64,000 bases of DNA from assembly GCF_036321535.1 (NCBI RefSeq), contig NC_087436.1:88910001-88974000 (forward strand). The letters run 5' to 3'. Source of the DNA: Camelus dromedarius (Eukaryota). A program made the translations under genes and the position numbers. Below are positions 1 through 11,799 of this stretch, piece by piece. Each line of letters starts with the position of its first letter. Within the stretch, counting starts at the first letter, position 1. The notes below the pieces were generated by a model. That model was not told the origin of the DNA and ran no database searches. It worked only from the letters and a program-made list of their open reading frames with translations.

Positions 1-107
1 CATTCCTTTAAGTCATCTTTAATTTCCTTAGTCAGATTTATTCCTAAGTTTTTTTTTTTTGATGCAATTTTAAAAGGGATTATTTCTTTACTTTCCTTCT
101 CTGATAT
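1..107 (-). mobile_element. LINE-1 ORF2 fragment
   Basis: Reverse complement is homologous to the L1 segment at ~1794-1930 (taggaataaat...gaagatga). Confidence 0.7.
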
Positions 108-689
108 GGGTATCTTTTTAGAATGCTCATCAGATGCTCTCTAATATAAGCCAAGGTAGAAAACAGAACAAAAGCTACTTTTTACCAGGTCTGGAGCAAG
201 ATTATTCACCAGACCCTCCCATTATCTTCCTTAATTGCATCAGTGAGATGCACTGGAAGCCATGGGTCCCTCTGTTAAGGTCTAGAAATCATGGGACTCA
301 ATACCGAAACAAAATACAAACTTTGGCCTAAAGGCCCACATTACAAAGAAGAAAAGAGGACCAAAAAAACCAAACTGTGCCTTAAGCTGTAGTCTCCCTT
401 TCATTTTGAATCACTACTTCTTCACCTCTTGTTTTCCAGTAATTGTCTACCTGCTTCACTGAGCCTACGTTCTCCTCCACCTGGAAGTAATCACCCTTTC
501 CTTTGAAGACTCCTTTACTTACAGCCCTTAGATTTTCCTTTCTTGTAAAGTTATTCTCATTACCCAAGTGGACTTTTGGCCCCTTAGGGCCAAAAAGAGT
601 TTCTTATTCATTTGTGTAGACCTGAGCATAGAATCTTTAAAAAAGTAGATGCTAAATGATCTGGCTAAGTTTTTGATCTGGAAGAGTCT

Positions 690-1260
690 GATATGAATAT
701 TGCTATCCCTGCTTTCCTGCTGTTTCCATTTGTATGAAATACCTTTTTTCCATCCCCTCACTTTCACTCTGGGTGTTTCTTTTGCCCTTAAGTGAGTCTT
801 TCGTAGGCAGCATATTGTGAGTTCTTGTTTTTTTTCATCAATCTGCCAACTCTGTCTTTTGGTTGGAGCATTTAGTCCATTGTTCAGACGATTTAGTCCA
901 ATGGCCAGTCCATTGATAGGTGTACACTTACTGCTATTATAAATCTCGTTTTCCAGGTGTTTTGTAGTTCTTCATTTCGTCTTCTTTTTGTTTTTCCATT
1001 TGTAGTATGCTTGAGTTCCTTTCTTTTTGGTTTTTGTGAATCTGTTGTATTTGATTTGTGGTTATCATGGAGTTCAAGTATGTTCATCCGTAACTATGTC
1101 TGCTTGCTTTAAACTGATAGTCATGCAAGTTCAAACACATTATAAAAGATCTACATTTGTGTATTCCCCTCCCCCATATTTTGTGATTTTAATGTCCTAT
1201 TTTACAGCTTAATGCTTATCCTTTTGCTGTTAATTGTAGTTATAATCACTTTTACAAAAA
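690..1260 (-). mobile_element. LINE-1 fragment (ORF2 start / inter-ORF region)
   Basis: ttccatcccctcactttc...gtgagtctttcgtaggcagcatattgtg...tttagtccatt, typical antisense L1 endonuclease-start sequence. Confidence 0.7.
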
Positions 1261-1284
1261 AAAATTGATTGGCCAAGTACTTGC

Positions 1285-1440
1285 ATTCTGAAGCCAGACG
1301 GCATGGGTTCATACCTTTATTCTGCCACCTTAATGCCGGGTGATATGGAGTAGATTACTTAACCTCTCTGGTCCTTTGTCTTCTTGATCTATAAAGTAAG
1401 AGAAATAATGATACTGCCACGAGGGATGATTGTGAGAAAA
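1285..1440 (+). mobile_element. MIR SINE
   Basis: gggttcat...tctgccac...ttacttaacctctctg...ctataaa...aataatgatact MIR core. Confidence 0.65.
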
Positions 1441-1444
1441 ATTC

Positions 1445-3660
1445 GTATCTCAACATAGTAAAAGCCATTTATGACAAACCCACAGCTAACACTCAATGGT
1501 GAAAAGCTAAAAGCCTTTCTGCTAGACTCAGAATCAAGACAAGGATGCTCACTCTCACTCCTACTCAACACAGCATTGGAAGTCCTGTTCACAGAAATCA
1601 GACAAGAAATAAATGGCATCCAACTTGGAAGGGAATAGGTAAAACTATAACTATTTGCAGATGATATGATACTCTATGTAGAGAATCCTAAAGTCTCCAC
1701 TCAGAAACTGTTAGAATAAATGAATTCACCAAGGTAGCAGGATACAAGATTAACATATAAAAATATGTTGCATTTCTTTACACTAACAATGAAATATCGG
1801 AAAGAGAAGGTTAAAAAAAAATCCCATTTAAAATTTTGTCAAAAAATACCTAGGAATAAATTTAACCTATGAGGTGAAAGACCTTTAGGCTGAAAACTAC
1901 AGGGAAACTGAAGATGATTTAAAGACATGGAAAGCTATCCCATGCTCTTGCATAGGAAGAATTAATATTGTTAAAATGACCATACTACCCAAAGCAATCT
2001 ACAGATTTAATGTGATCCCTATCAAATTAGCCAGGATATTTTTCAAAGAACTAGAACAAATATTCCTAAAATTTATGTGAAACCACAAAAAACCCAGAAT
2101 TATCAAAGCAAAACTGAAGAAAAATAATGAAACTGGAAGCACAACCCTCCCAGACTTCTGACTAGACTACAAAGCTACTGTAATCAAAACAGCATGGTAT
2201 TGGCACAAAAACAGATATACAGATCAATGGAATAGAATAGCCCAGAAATAAGCCCACACACCCACAATCAATGACAAAGGAGGTAAGAATATACAATGGA
2301 GAAAAGACAGTGTCTTCAACAAGTGGTGCTGGGAAAGCTGGACACGTAAATCAATGAAATTGGAACACTCCTTCACACTATATAAAAATAAACTCAAAAT
2401 ATTTTAAAGATCTAAATACAAAACACAATACCATAAAACTCCTAGACGAGAACATAGGCAAAACATCCTCAGACATAAATTGTAGCAATATGTTTTCTTA
2501 GCACAATCTCCTAAAGCAAAATAAATAAAAGCAAAAATAAGCAAATGAGACCTAATCAAACTTAAAAGCTTTTGCACAGCAAAGGAAACTATCAATAAAA
2601 CGAAGACAACCTACATAGTGGGAAAAAATATTTGCAAATGATGTGATCGACAAGGATTAATATCTAAAATACATAAACAGCATATATAACTCAGTATCAA
2701 AAAAACAAACAAAAAATGGTGAGAAGACTTAAATAGATGGGTCTCCAAAGACAATATAGAGGTGGCCAACAGACACATGAAAAGATGCTCAACATTGCTA
2801 ATTATTAGAGGAATACAAATCAAAACTACAATGAGGTAACACCTCGTACCAGTCAGAATGGCCATCATCAAAACATCTGGAAATAATAAATGCTAGAAAA
2901 TAAATTAGGAGGAGTGGGAACTCTCCTAAACTGTTGGTAGGAATGTAAATTGGTGCAGCCACCATGGAGAACAGTAAGGAGGTTCCTTAGAAAACTAAAA
3001 ATAGAGCTACCATATGATCCAGCAATCCCAGTCCTGGCCATATATCTGGAAAAGATGAAAACTCTTATTTGAAAAGATAAATGTGCCTCGATGTTCACAG
3101 CAGCACAATTTACAATAGCCAAGACATGGAAATAACCCAAATGTCTACCAACAGGCAACTGGTTTAAGAAGATGTCATATACACATGTATGTGTGTATGT
3201 GTGTATATATATATATGCATACACACATACAGTGGAATACTACTCTGCCATAAAAAAGAATGGAATGTTGCCGTTTGTAGCCACATAAATGGACCTAGAG
3301 AATATTATACTTAGTGAAGTCAGACAGAGAAAGACAAATATATCACTTACATGTGGAATCTAAAACATAATACCAATGAACCTATATACAAAACAAGGAA
3401 GAGACTCAGACATAGAAAACAAATTTATGGTTACCGAGTGGAAATGGAGGCAGGGAGGGATAATTTAGGAGTATGGGATTAAGAGATACAAACTACTATA
3501 CATGAAATTGCTATGAAACAAAGGTTCACTGTATATTATAGGGAACTACATTCAATATCTTATAATGGAAAATAATCTGAAAGAAGTGTGTATAACAATC
3601 ACTTTGCTGTACACCTGAAACTAACACAATACTGTAAATCAACTTTGCTTCAGTAAAAAA
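1445..3660 (+). mobile_element. 5'-truncated degenerate LINE-1 (ORF2 RT/C-terminus, 3' UTR, short A tail), artiodactyl-type
   Basis: aaagccatttatgacaaacccacagc, tttgcagatgatatgat (FADD), catatgatccagcaatccca; 3' end ctgtacacctgaaactaacacaatactgtaaatcaac...cttcagtaaaaaa; frameshifted. Confidence 0.93.
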
Positions 3661-3754
3661 GATCACCACTTCTACAAAGCATACAGCACGATCAGAAAGT
3701 CAATGTTGCTTTAATAGCAGTTGTATTCACTAACATTTCTAAGAAAAAAGACAG

Positions 3755-4025
3755 CCTAGTAGTTACAGAGTTGGAGTCATGTGCCAGAGTGCCTGGGCTT
3801 TACTCCCAGCTCTGCTAATGAACAAGATATAAAAAGAACCGTGCTTCAGTTTCATTATCTCCAAAATGGATATAACAATAATAATGAAAATGTAAACAAT
3901 TATATAATAACATATAAATAATAATAATACAATTATTATTAACCTGTGGGGATTTCATGAGGATTAAATGAGCTAATATAGGGAAAGTGTTTAGAAGAGC
4001 ATCAATGAACATGATTACTATTATT
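3755..4025 (+). mobile_element. MIR SINE with AT-rich expansion
   Basis: cccagctctgc...gtgcttcagtttc...aaaatgg...tgaggattaaatgagctaata. Confidence 0.65.
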
Positions 4026-4963
4026 CTCCAACATTACTAAGTGGGAAGACTATGGATATTCTTCCAAGTTTGAAATTCTTGCAGGGCAAGGAGTATTTGT
4101 AAATTTCTGCCATGAGTTCACATACTTACCTCCTTGTTTTCTAGAATATCAATCCTTCTCTTTGGAGGCCATGAAGAATATACCACTCTAACTTATTCTC
4201 ATCTTTCCAGATATAGCACATATTAGCATTTTTAAAGCCATAGTGTCTTACTGTTAATTATATGTGGGCAAAAAAACTGAATAAATCTCAATTGCAACAC
4301 CTAAACTTAAATACCAAGAATGAAAAATCTCTATGCACGTGAAATAAAATGTGTTATAATAATATAGTTTACTGTAATTAATTGTTATGTAGTAGTTTCT
4401 TTTCAAGCATGCTATTTGAAAAAGTCCTAAAAACTGTTAAGAAATGTGTAAGTGGCCCCTGAGTGTTTTCCTTGATGCATTCATTCGCATAGCAAAAATC
4501 TTCCAAGTAGTGAGTTGTTTTAGAATTTTTTTTGTGAGAAAACAGTCCTTGAATGTTTCATTTTGAGTACGTTCTAAATTCATAAAATGGATTAAAATTA
4601 AAGAATGAGCTCAACTGTGAGAGGATCAGCTCTGATACAGTAAATTTAAAAAAAAAAGTTCATGACATTTTTTGAATAAGTGCAGGAAATAACAAAAAGT
4701 CCTCTGATATCATAGAGAAAAAAATACAGAACTTCTCCAAGTTGTCCCTCCTCTTTTAAAGCTCAGGGTTTACAATGTTCATTGGGAAGTTCGGTTTATG
4801 TCGTGGGAAGCGTGCTCCCTCACAGGCTGACAATGAAAGCTTTGTTGAAATTCTCCAAGACGTTGGTTAATCCGGGTTTGGATTTATTTTATCCCTAGGA
4901 TAGCTTGTACCCTAGGAGGACTCTGAAATACTGGTGACTCACGTCTACTGCTCTTCTTTACAG

Positions 4964-5146
4964 GGAGACAGTGGCGGGCCTCTTGTTTGTGAGCGGCCTG
5001 GAGGACAGTGGACATTATTTGGCTTAACTTCATGGGGCTCCGTCTGCTTTTCCAAAGTCCTGGGGCCCGGAGTTTACAGCAATGTGACATACTTTGTCAA
5101 ATGGATTGAAAGACAAATATATATCCACACCTTTCTCCTAAACTAA
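4964..5146 (+). CDS. CORIN: Terminal coding exon of corin (atrial natriuretic peptide-converting enzyme, type II transmembrane serine protease)
   Basis: Acceptor ctcttctttacag|GGA GAC AGT; translates GDSGGPLVCERPGGQWTLFGLTSWGSVCFSKVLGPGVYSNVTYFVKWIERQIYIHTFLLN-TAA, near-identical to the recalled human CORIN C-terminus; convergent adjacency to ATP10D is the known mammalian synteny. Confidence 0.97.
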   Translation, partial: GDSGGPLVCERPGGQWTLFGLTSWGSVCFSKVLGPGVYSNVTYFVKWIERQIYIHTFLLN

Positions 5147-6690
5147 TTCCAAAGATGATCAGAGGCTTTTGCCAGCGACATTCAAAGAAAACGGCCTTCC
5201 TGACCGTGCAGAACTTCCTCCTTTGCAGAGAGGTATACAGAAGCACTTTTTCATGGACCGGGATGCTTAACAGTGTGCTGCAAATGTTCATGTCTTCTTG
5301 GTCTAGTTTTATTCAGCTTTTTAAAAACATTCTATTTTTCTCCTACTTTAAGTTCAATGAAAGTCTTTAAAAAACAAAGCAAAAGTTTGTTCTTTTGCCA
5401 GGCAGGCTTAACCTTGACTGTAACATGGAATGATCAACTCTGGAAAGAGAATAATTCAAGCGCTAGCCCAACAGGTTAGAGAAAGTTCCGTTTTGTCTGG
5501 TCACAGAAAGGACACTGAGATCCAAGCTGACTCATCTTTGCCAGCTTTTGTTTCTCAAGCAGAGTAGCGTAGTGGCAAATTTCAGTATTAACTTTGGTGA
5601 CTTGCTTTTGATTTATTAGAAGCCAAGATAATTTACATGCTTAAGTTATTTTCTATTTCTCTTCTAAAGTTTGCATAATTCTGAGCACTTACGAAAGACA
5701 GCAGAAATTACAAGACAGACTGAGCAGAAAGCTTGTTTGATATCAATATTAGCACTTGGTATCACAGGACTGCCCATTCTGAATTTAATCAAGGTTGTAA
5801 TTTTATAGAAAAGTTTCCATGGAACCTTCCTGGCTGAGGTTTGTTCACTGTGTATCAGTTGCCAACTGAGCTTTCAACAACTGGAAAAATATATGTGGGA
5901 AGTATTTCATTCTGCTATGGGATAATGAAGTTGAAATTAAATTTTACCAAAGGCAAACTCGCTTTAGAGTGAAGAGATGCAATTTTTTAAAAAAAGAAAA
6001 TAAAATTGTACCCCATACCTAATTAATTATTTCCCAGTTTTCCTGTGTTCATCCATACCAATAAAAAGCACAGTAAGACTTTGCATGAAGGAAAATATTT
6101 TGCAATTTTCCTCAAAAGATGTTTAACATCTGGTGTTGCCATTTTTCCCCATTGATAATTAAAACAAAAATTTAAAGATGCTTTTAAGCACTAGGCCACT
6201 TTATGAACATCAATTTCTGAAGTAATTAGTCAAAGAATTTTTCTCCACTAAAAAGTTTCAAAACACAAATCTTCACATGCATCTAATTTAATGAGTCAGG
6301 CATCCCTTTTGCAACATCCTAATGCCTTTTGAATGAATAGGATTCTGTACTAACCTTCACCAGCAACCTGGGTGGACTCAGCATTCCACAGAGGTCACCT
6401 GCAATTTTATACACGTCTTTTGGTACTTTTCTACCTGTGTGCATATGCGACATTTGAAAAGTTGTCTTGACACTTCCACATTATTCATCTCTTGTTCTGT
6501 AGTTTGTGTAAACCTGTTGAGAATGTAAAATCCAGCAACTGAATTGTGGTCACAACTATATGAGAACATATGTCAGTTTTGTTATCAGTACATAATCTAA
6601 CAAATTATGCTCATGTTCAGTGAAATGTACGTATTATACTTATTTTAAATAACCTTTAATACAAATAAAATGGTATACTTTTTTTTTAAT
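5147..6690 (+). other. CORIN: CORIN 3' UTR (3' end approximate)
   Basis: AT-rich sequence without recognisable repeats after the stop; AATAAA at 5999-6004, 6060-6065 and 6664-6669. Confidence 0.65.
6664..6669 (+). terminator. Candidate distal CORIN polyadenylation signal AATAAA
   Basis: AATAAA followed by a T-rich tract; upstream TGTA elements. Confidence 0.55.
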
Positions 6691-6926
6691 GGATATGAAA
6701 CATGGATAGCAAACCCCAGAAAATTGTGTCTCCCATTATAATAGCTGGCACCCAGTTCCCCACCAATCAAAATTTACTTACCTGTCTCACTCTCACAGGA
6801 AGGAACATGCTTTTATTTTAGATGACTGATGGCTCTTTGATTAGTCTGAAATGAGGTTGCTAATAGTCTCAAATCAGCCACTGAGTGTCCAAGGAAAACT
6901 TCAGTTCTGGCAAAAGTGCAAGGATC

Positions 6927-6932
6927 TTTAAT
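6927..6932 (-). terminator. Candidate distal ATP10D polyadenylation signal ATTAAA
   Basis: + strand tttaat, about 2.4 kb downstream of the last acceptor; alternative AATAAA hexamers on - at 7803-7808, 7214-7219 and 6812-6817. Confidence 0.35.
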
Positions 6933-7178
6933 GTCTAGAGCACATTTTGGGAATCTGACCCAATTCTTTTATAAAGTTTTTGGAGTAAAATTGTATTGCA
7001 AAATGTATACTGTTAATTAATTTTTCCTGGCTTCTAAAAGCAATAATGTAATGCTTAGTCCCCACCTCCCCAAATTTGGTGAAATGCACTGAACACCCGA
7101 ATGCAACAGGTCACATCAGCTTGGGTGACTTTGTATAAAAGTTACTCATTTGTAAATGAGACCCTTTAAAAGGCTTCA

Positions 7179-7447
7179 TACAGATCCAAAATCACTTTCT
7201 CCTGAGGACCAGATTTATTTCAGAGTCCAGAATTTTTTTAAATCTTGAAAACCTAGTATTAAAAAGTTCAGCACCCTGTAATAAAATGTATTAATATTTT
7301 TGTGGCAAAAATATACAAATAATTACATTAAATAAATAAATAGCCTTACGTCTATTTAAGACATTGAATTTGTACCTAATTTATGAAAACTTCAGTTTTC
7401 AGAGTTCTTGGGATTGTGGGATTGTGGAAAACGGATTATGGACTCAC
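7179..7447. mobile_element. MER46C-like TcMar-Tigger MITE (probably inside the ATP10D 3' UTR)
   Basis: Termini tacagatcca...tatggactca; similar to the element at 34660-34954. Confidence 0.5.
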
Positions 7448-9009
7448 GGAAACTCAAGAATTTACTCACGTGTATAGATACTTTGGATCTTGGAAATTGC
7501 CCTTTTTTCTTAGTCTTTTGGACTCATTCTTTTTATCCTTAGATTCTAATTCCTTGTTGTATTTTTTACAAGTGAATATATCTCTAAATTTTTATTCATC
7601 AGAAGATGATCTCAGGGAATGAATGCCAGCTGCTATGAAGATAACAGACGATATGACAACACTGATTTTTCCATATGAGAGAAGATCAAAACAGTATTCT
7701 GGTAAAAGGTGTACTTTAGGATTTTCCATCTAAGTTCTGGTACCAATTACTGTTGGATTCAGTGAGTATATACAGAAGTGAAGACAGTTTTTGTATATGT
7801 TATTTATTAAACAGTTTACTTTAAAAAAAAATCATAAGAAAGCAGAAAGCTACCTCAATTAGCCATGGAGGATTTTCAACGTTCTATAAATCTGTTTGTG
7901 TAAAAGACCATTTGCAATAATATTATAAGGCTACAAAAAATATCAGACCAGCATAGTAGGCAACAGGTATAAGATTAAGCCCTGAGAATAATAGTTGAAT
8001 AGTCATTAAGAAGACCTTCATATAGACATGGAACATTAGCATGGAGATTTCATGAAGGAAATTCTGGGTGGCTGACAATTTTCAGATGAATAGATACAGA
8101 ATTTTAAAAGAACTCAACAAGAATACATGATATTATAGTAACACCTGTCAGTTTGGGTAGAAACTAGTTTCTTTGTTCCAACTAAAGCCAGCATATATGA
8201 TTTGCAACAGTAAGTAACTTGATTTAGACATACCTGTCCTGAAATGTATCAAAAAAACAAAATTTTCTAATAATCTCATGGAATCCTTTTGAGGACCACC
8301 AGTATTAGTCTCAGTTTATAGTATCTCATTTTTAGAGTTTGCAACACAAGAAAAATTATAGGGTATTGTAAAGACAATAAACCCTCAAAAGGTCTCTTGT
8401 AGACTGTTTTGAAATTGATGGTCTCATTTTGATCAGGCTATTGTCAGTTTCAGAATACAGGAAATTCCCAAATGGGCTCTAGACTTAGCTGATTCTGTCT
8501 TCCTTACCTACGGCCTGTTTCCGCATTGACATTACTGGCACAGAAGCAGACCTCATGTAAAGTCTTCTTTTGACTGGAAGCAGAGAGAACACATCTCCAT
8601 GGAACCCTGGCATTGCTGCTGCCCCTCCCCAGTAAAGGCTCCACCTCAGGAGAACACTGAAATAGGCAGAGAGTAAAATAAATATATGCTCAAATGAATT
8701 CCCTAGAGAATGTCTGCATTTCTAAGACAATTAAAATGCTTTCACAAAATCCAAAAAGTTTCATAAAAGCATTTGATTCTGAATTAAATATTTCATTTCT
8801 ATAAACTCTGTCCAGGTCAAATTCAGCTCTTTCACAGATGTATCTACAAACATACAGCAAAGGTCATCACATTGGCATTTGCAAGTCCAGTAAAATGTTC
8901 TTGTCCCTTAAGGAAAAATCCGAGTCATTCTTTCTAGGTAGAGAAACCTCTTCAAAATCCCTCTTCCAAACTTGAACGAATACTTGCAACTCAAGGAGGG
9001 TAACCTGAT

Positions 9010-9252
9010 TTTTTAATCCTTTGAGGGTCCAGCCATCCCTGAGGCCTTAGTTTCAGATGAGTTTCATGTACAGATGAGTTTCCTTGTTTATCCGCACAAG
9101 AAGTTGCTGACGTCATTGCAAAGGCAGCAGAACGATCAGAGATGGGTATTCGCTCTGAATTGCAGGTGAGTGGTCAGCATACTTAGATGTCACCTGACTC
9201 ATCTTTCCAGCCCCTCACCACTTCTTGAGACCTTCCATCCTCTCCTCTGCAG
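9010..9252 (-). pseudogene. Fossil of the ancestral ATP10D C-terminal coding tail, now 3' UTR
   Basis: Out-of-frame pieces LTAEERMEGLKKW*GAGKMSQVTSKYADHS / NSERIPISDRSAAFAMTSATSCADKQGNSSVHET / SETKASGMAGPSKD* align to the recalled human tail. Confidence 0.85.
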
Positions 9253-9322
9253 TCAGTCAAAACGCTTAGCCCTCAGAATTGGAGATGGAAACAGGGATCC
9301 CTGAAGAACTCTGTATGTAAGC
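9253..9322 (-). CDS. ATP10D: ATP10D terminal exon (exon 23 equivalent), coding part truncated
   Basis: aacctag|G CTT ACA TAC... = (R)LTYRVLQGSLFPSPILRAKRFD-TGA (stop 9255-9253); matches recalled human RFVYRVLQGSLFPSPILRAKHFD. Confidence 0.9.
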
Positions 9323-9661
9323 CTAGGTTACAAAAAGCATCACAGAATTACATTCACCTCAAATGCACTATGGGACACAAGAAATACTCGCCAATCAGAA
9401 AAAGTAAGAGGGTCTGGTGGCCCTTGCTGAAGTAAAGGAGGAAGACAAGTGAACTATAAAATGGAGATAATAATAATATTAAATATTTGTAAAGCACTTA
9501 GGTTCCCTATTGTCAAATAAATAATGAAATAAAGAAAATCTGTAAAAGTCGAGATACAATAGTGCTACATCACAGGCTTAATGTTAAGTTAAATGAGATA
9601 GTAACGTACAAAGCAGGCAGAGTGTTGGCACGTAATATATGTATGTATTTTTAAATGCTAG

Positions 9662-11030
9662 CTATTGGTTTCCTATAGCTATGGGAACAAATTACTAAAA
9701 ACTTGTCCCTTTCTGGCCAAAGTGGCAGTAATTATGCCACTATAGCATTCTCAAAAACCTTGTGAGTCTCCAATGTATGTCATGGGGATTTTTACCATTA
9801 GATAAGAGGGTCCTCCACAGATCTTTCCTGTGTAATCCCACCTTCTTTCTTGGTGGCTGCTGAGGTGGCTGAGGGGACTCACGAGTCACACACCTCATCT
9901 CTTCAGCGCCAGCAAAAGGCTGTCCAGCCACACTCCTGGCCTTCTCTCTAGGGCATACTCCCAAACAGCCAGTCTCCTGATTTTAGTACCTTTTGAAATC
10001 TAGATAGGCTGAGAATTTCCTAAATCTAGTTCTGTTGGACTTAAAAGTACTTCCCTCCATTTCTTTTCTCTCACATTTTACTATAAGCAGCAAGAAGAAA
10101 CCAGGCCAAACCTTTGCTGCTTTGCTTAGAAAACTCCTCAGCTAAATATCCAAAGTCATCATTTACAAATTCTGCTTTCTACATAATGGTAGAGCACAAT
10201 TCAGCTACGTTTTCTGCCACTATATTGCAAAAATCCCCTATCCTCAAATTTCCAATAACATGTTCCTCATTTCCTTCTGAGATCTCACTAGCAGTACCTT
10301 TAACATTCATATTTCTAGCAACATTCAATTTATGACTGTTCATGTATTTTCTAAGATGATATGCTATGGCTTTCTCTACCCATCTTCCTACTTTCTTCTG
10401 AATTCTCACCAGCAGGCACTTTAACGTCCGTATTTCTACCTACAGTCTGTTTAAGGGAGTCTAGTAGTTTTCTACTATGTGCCTCAAAATTCTTCCAGCC
10501 TCTGCCCATTATCTAATTTCAAAGCCACTTTCACATTTTTAGGTATTTGTTACAGCAGCACCCGCCTTCCTCATACCAAAATCTGTATTAGTTTCTGATG
10601 GCTGCTGTAATAAATTACCATAAAGCTGGTGGCTTAAAACAACAAAACCTTTTTCTCTCCCAGTTCTGAAATTGGTTTTACTGAAACAAAATCAAGGTGT
10701 TGGAAAGGCCGTGCTCCCTCTGGAGGCTCTAGGGGAGAACTCATTCCTTGTCTCTTCTGGTTTCTGGTGGCTGCTGGCATTCCTCCCACTGTTACCAAGG
10801 GATCTCTGTTACCCTGGTCAAAGTGCTTTCTCCTCTTCTGCGTCAAATCTCCCCCTGCCCCTCTCTTACAAGGATACTTGTGATGGCAGATAATCCAGCA
10901 TAATCTCCCCATCCCAAGATCCTTAACTTAACCACATCTGCAAATTTCTTTTTTGCTACATAAAGAAACAAAGGTTCCAGAGATTAGGACATGCATATAG
11001 TTTAGGGGGTTATTTTTTCAGCTTACCAGA
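9662..11030 (-). mobile_element. MaLR (MLT1C/D-like) element: LTR stub, internal sequence and full LTR
   Basis: LTR 10583-11030 (tgtattagtttc...ggtggcttaaaacaac...aatctccccatcccaagatccttaac); MaLR int/LTR junction ggtatttgttacagcagcac...accaaaatc; second LTR stub at 9662-9702. Confidence 0.8.
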
Positions 11031-11315
11031 ACAATATTAGATAGAATTATACTGTTAATGCTCTTAAAGAAATTTTTTCAGGTTATAACTTTAAAGTAAT
11101 TGTTTCTTCATAAATTCTACAAATTCATCTTGTCAGTTTTTAATCTGAAAGCTGGTAATAACAGCACCACAGAAGCATCTCAGTTTAACCATGATATTAT
11201 TATGTAAATAACTGGAATCACAGAATGAGTCTGGTGGGTTTCTCTTATGCATTTCTAGAAGGGATATCTGTCAGCAATAAAGGGTTTGTGCCCATCATGT
11301 CTTATGATGGTGTTA

Positions 11316-11535
11316 CAGACTGGGGTTGGCAAACTTTTGTCCAATGGTCCAGACAATATTTCAGGCTTTGTGAGCTAGGTAGTCTCTGTTGGAACTATTC
11401 AACTTTGCTGTTGTAGTGCAAAAGCAGTCATAGATAATACTTAAATTAATGAGGATGCCTATGTGCCAATAAGCTTTATTTACAAAAACAGGCAATGGGC
11501 CAGGTTTGACCTGTGAGCCAATATGTCAAGCCTGT
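11316..11535. mobile_element. MER58A-like hAT-Charlie MITE
   Basis: ggggttggcaaacttt...tgttgtagtgcaaaagcagtcatagataatac...ctttatttacaaaaacaggc. Confidence 0.8.
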
Positions 11536-11799
11536 TAGAGAATAATATGAAATCACCATTTTGATGCTCATATCATGTTTAAGAAGGTAGAACAACTATT
11601 TGCTATCACGCTTTCAACTAAACAGATAAATATTATAAAACTTAAGGGGGAGGAGCTCTAAAGAATTTGAAGAATCTATAGATTAAAAACCCACGCATAC
11701 TTCTTAGCCATTTCCATCCCATATAAGAAACTGAGTTAAATGAAAGTGGCAATGATAATTGAAATCAGAGAAAGGAGGTAAGTTTTCAATGTTTAGAGA

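Noticed and set aside
2404..3224. Minus-strand ORFs of 63-118 aa
   Set aside because: Antisense readings of L1 ORF2, a common artefact.
9215..9322. Alternative acceptor or single sequencing error rescuing the long tail
   Set aside because: The ancestral frame has a second stop (9217-9215) and further frameshifts, so no single correction restores it.
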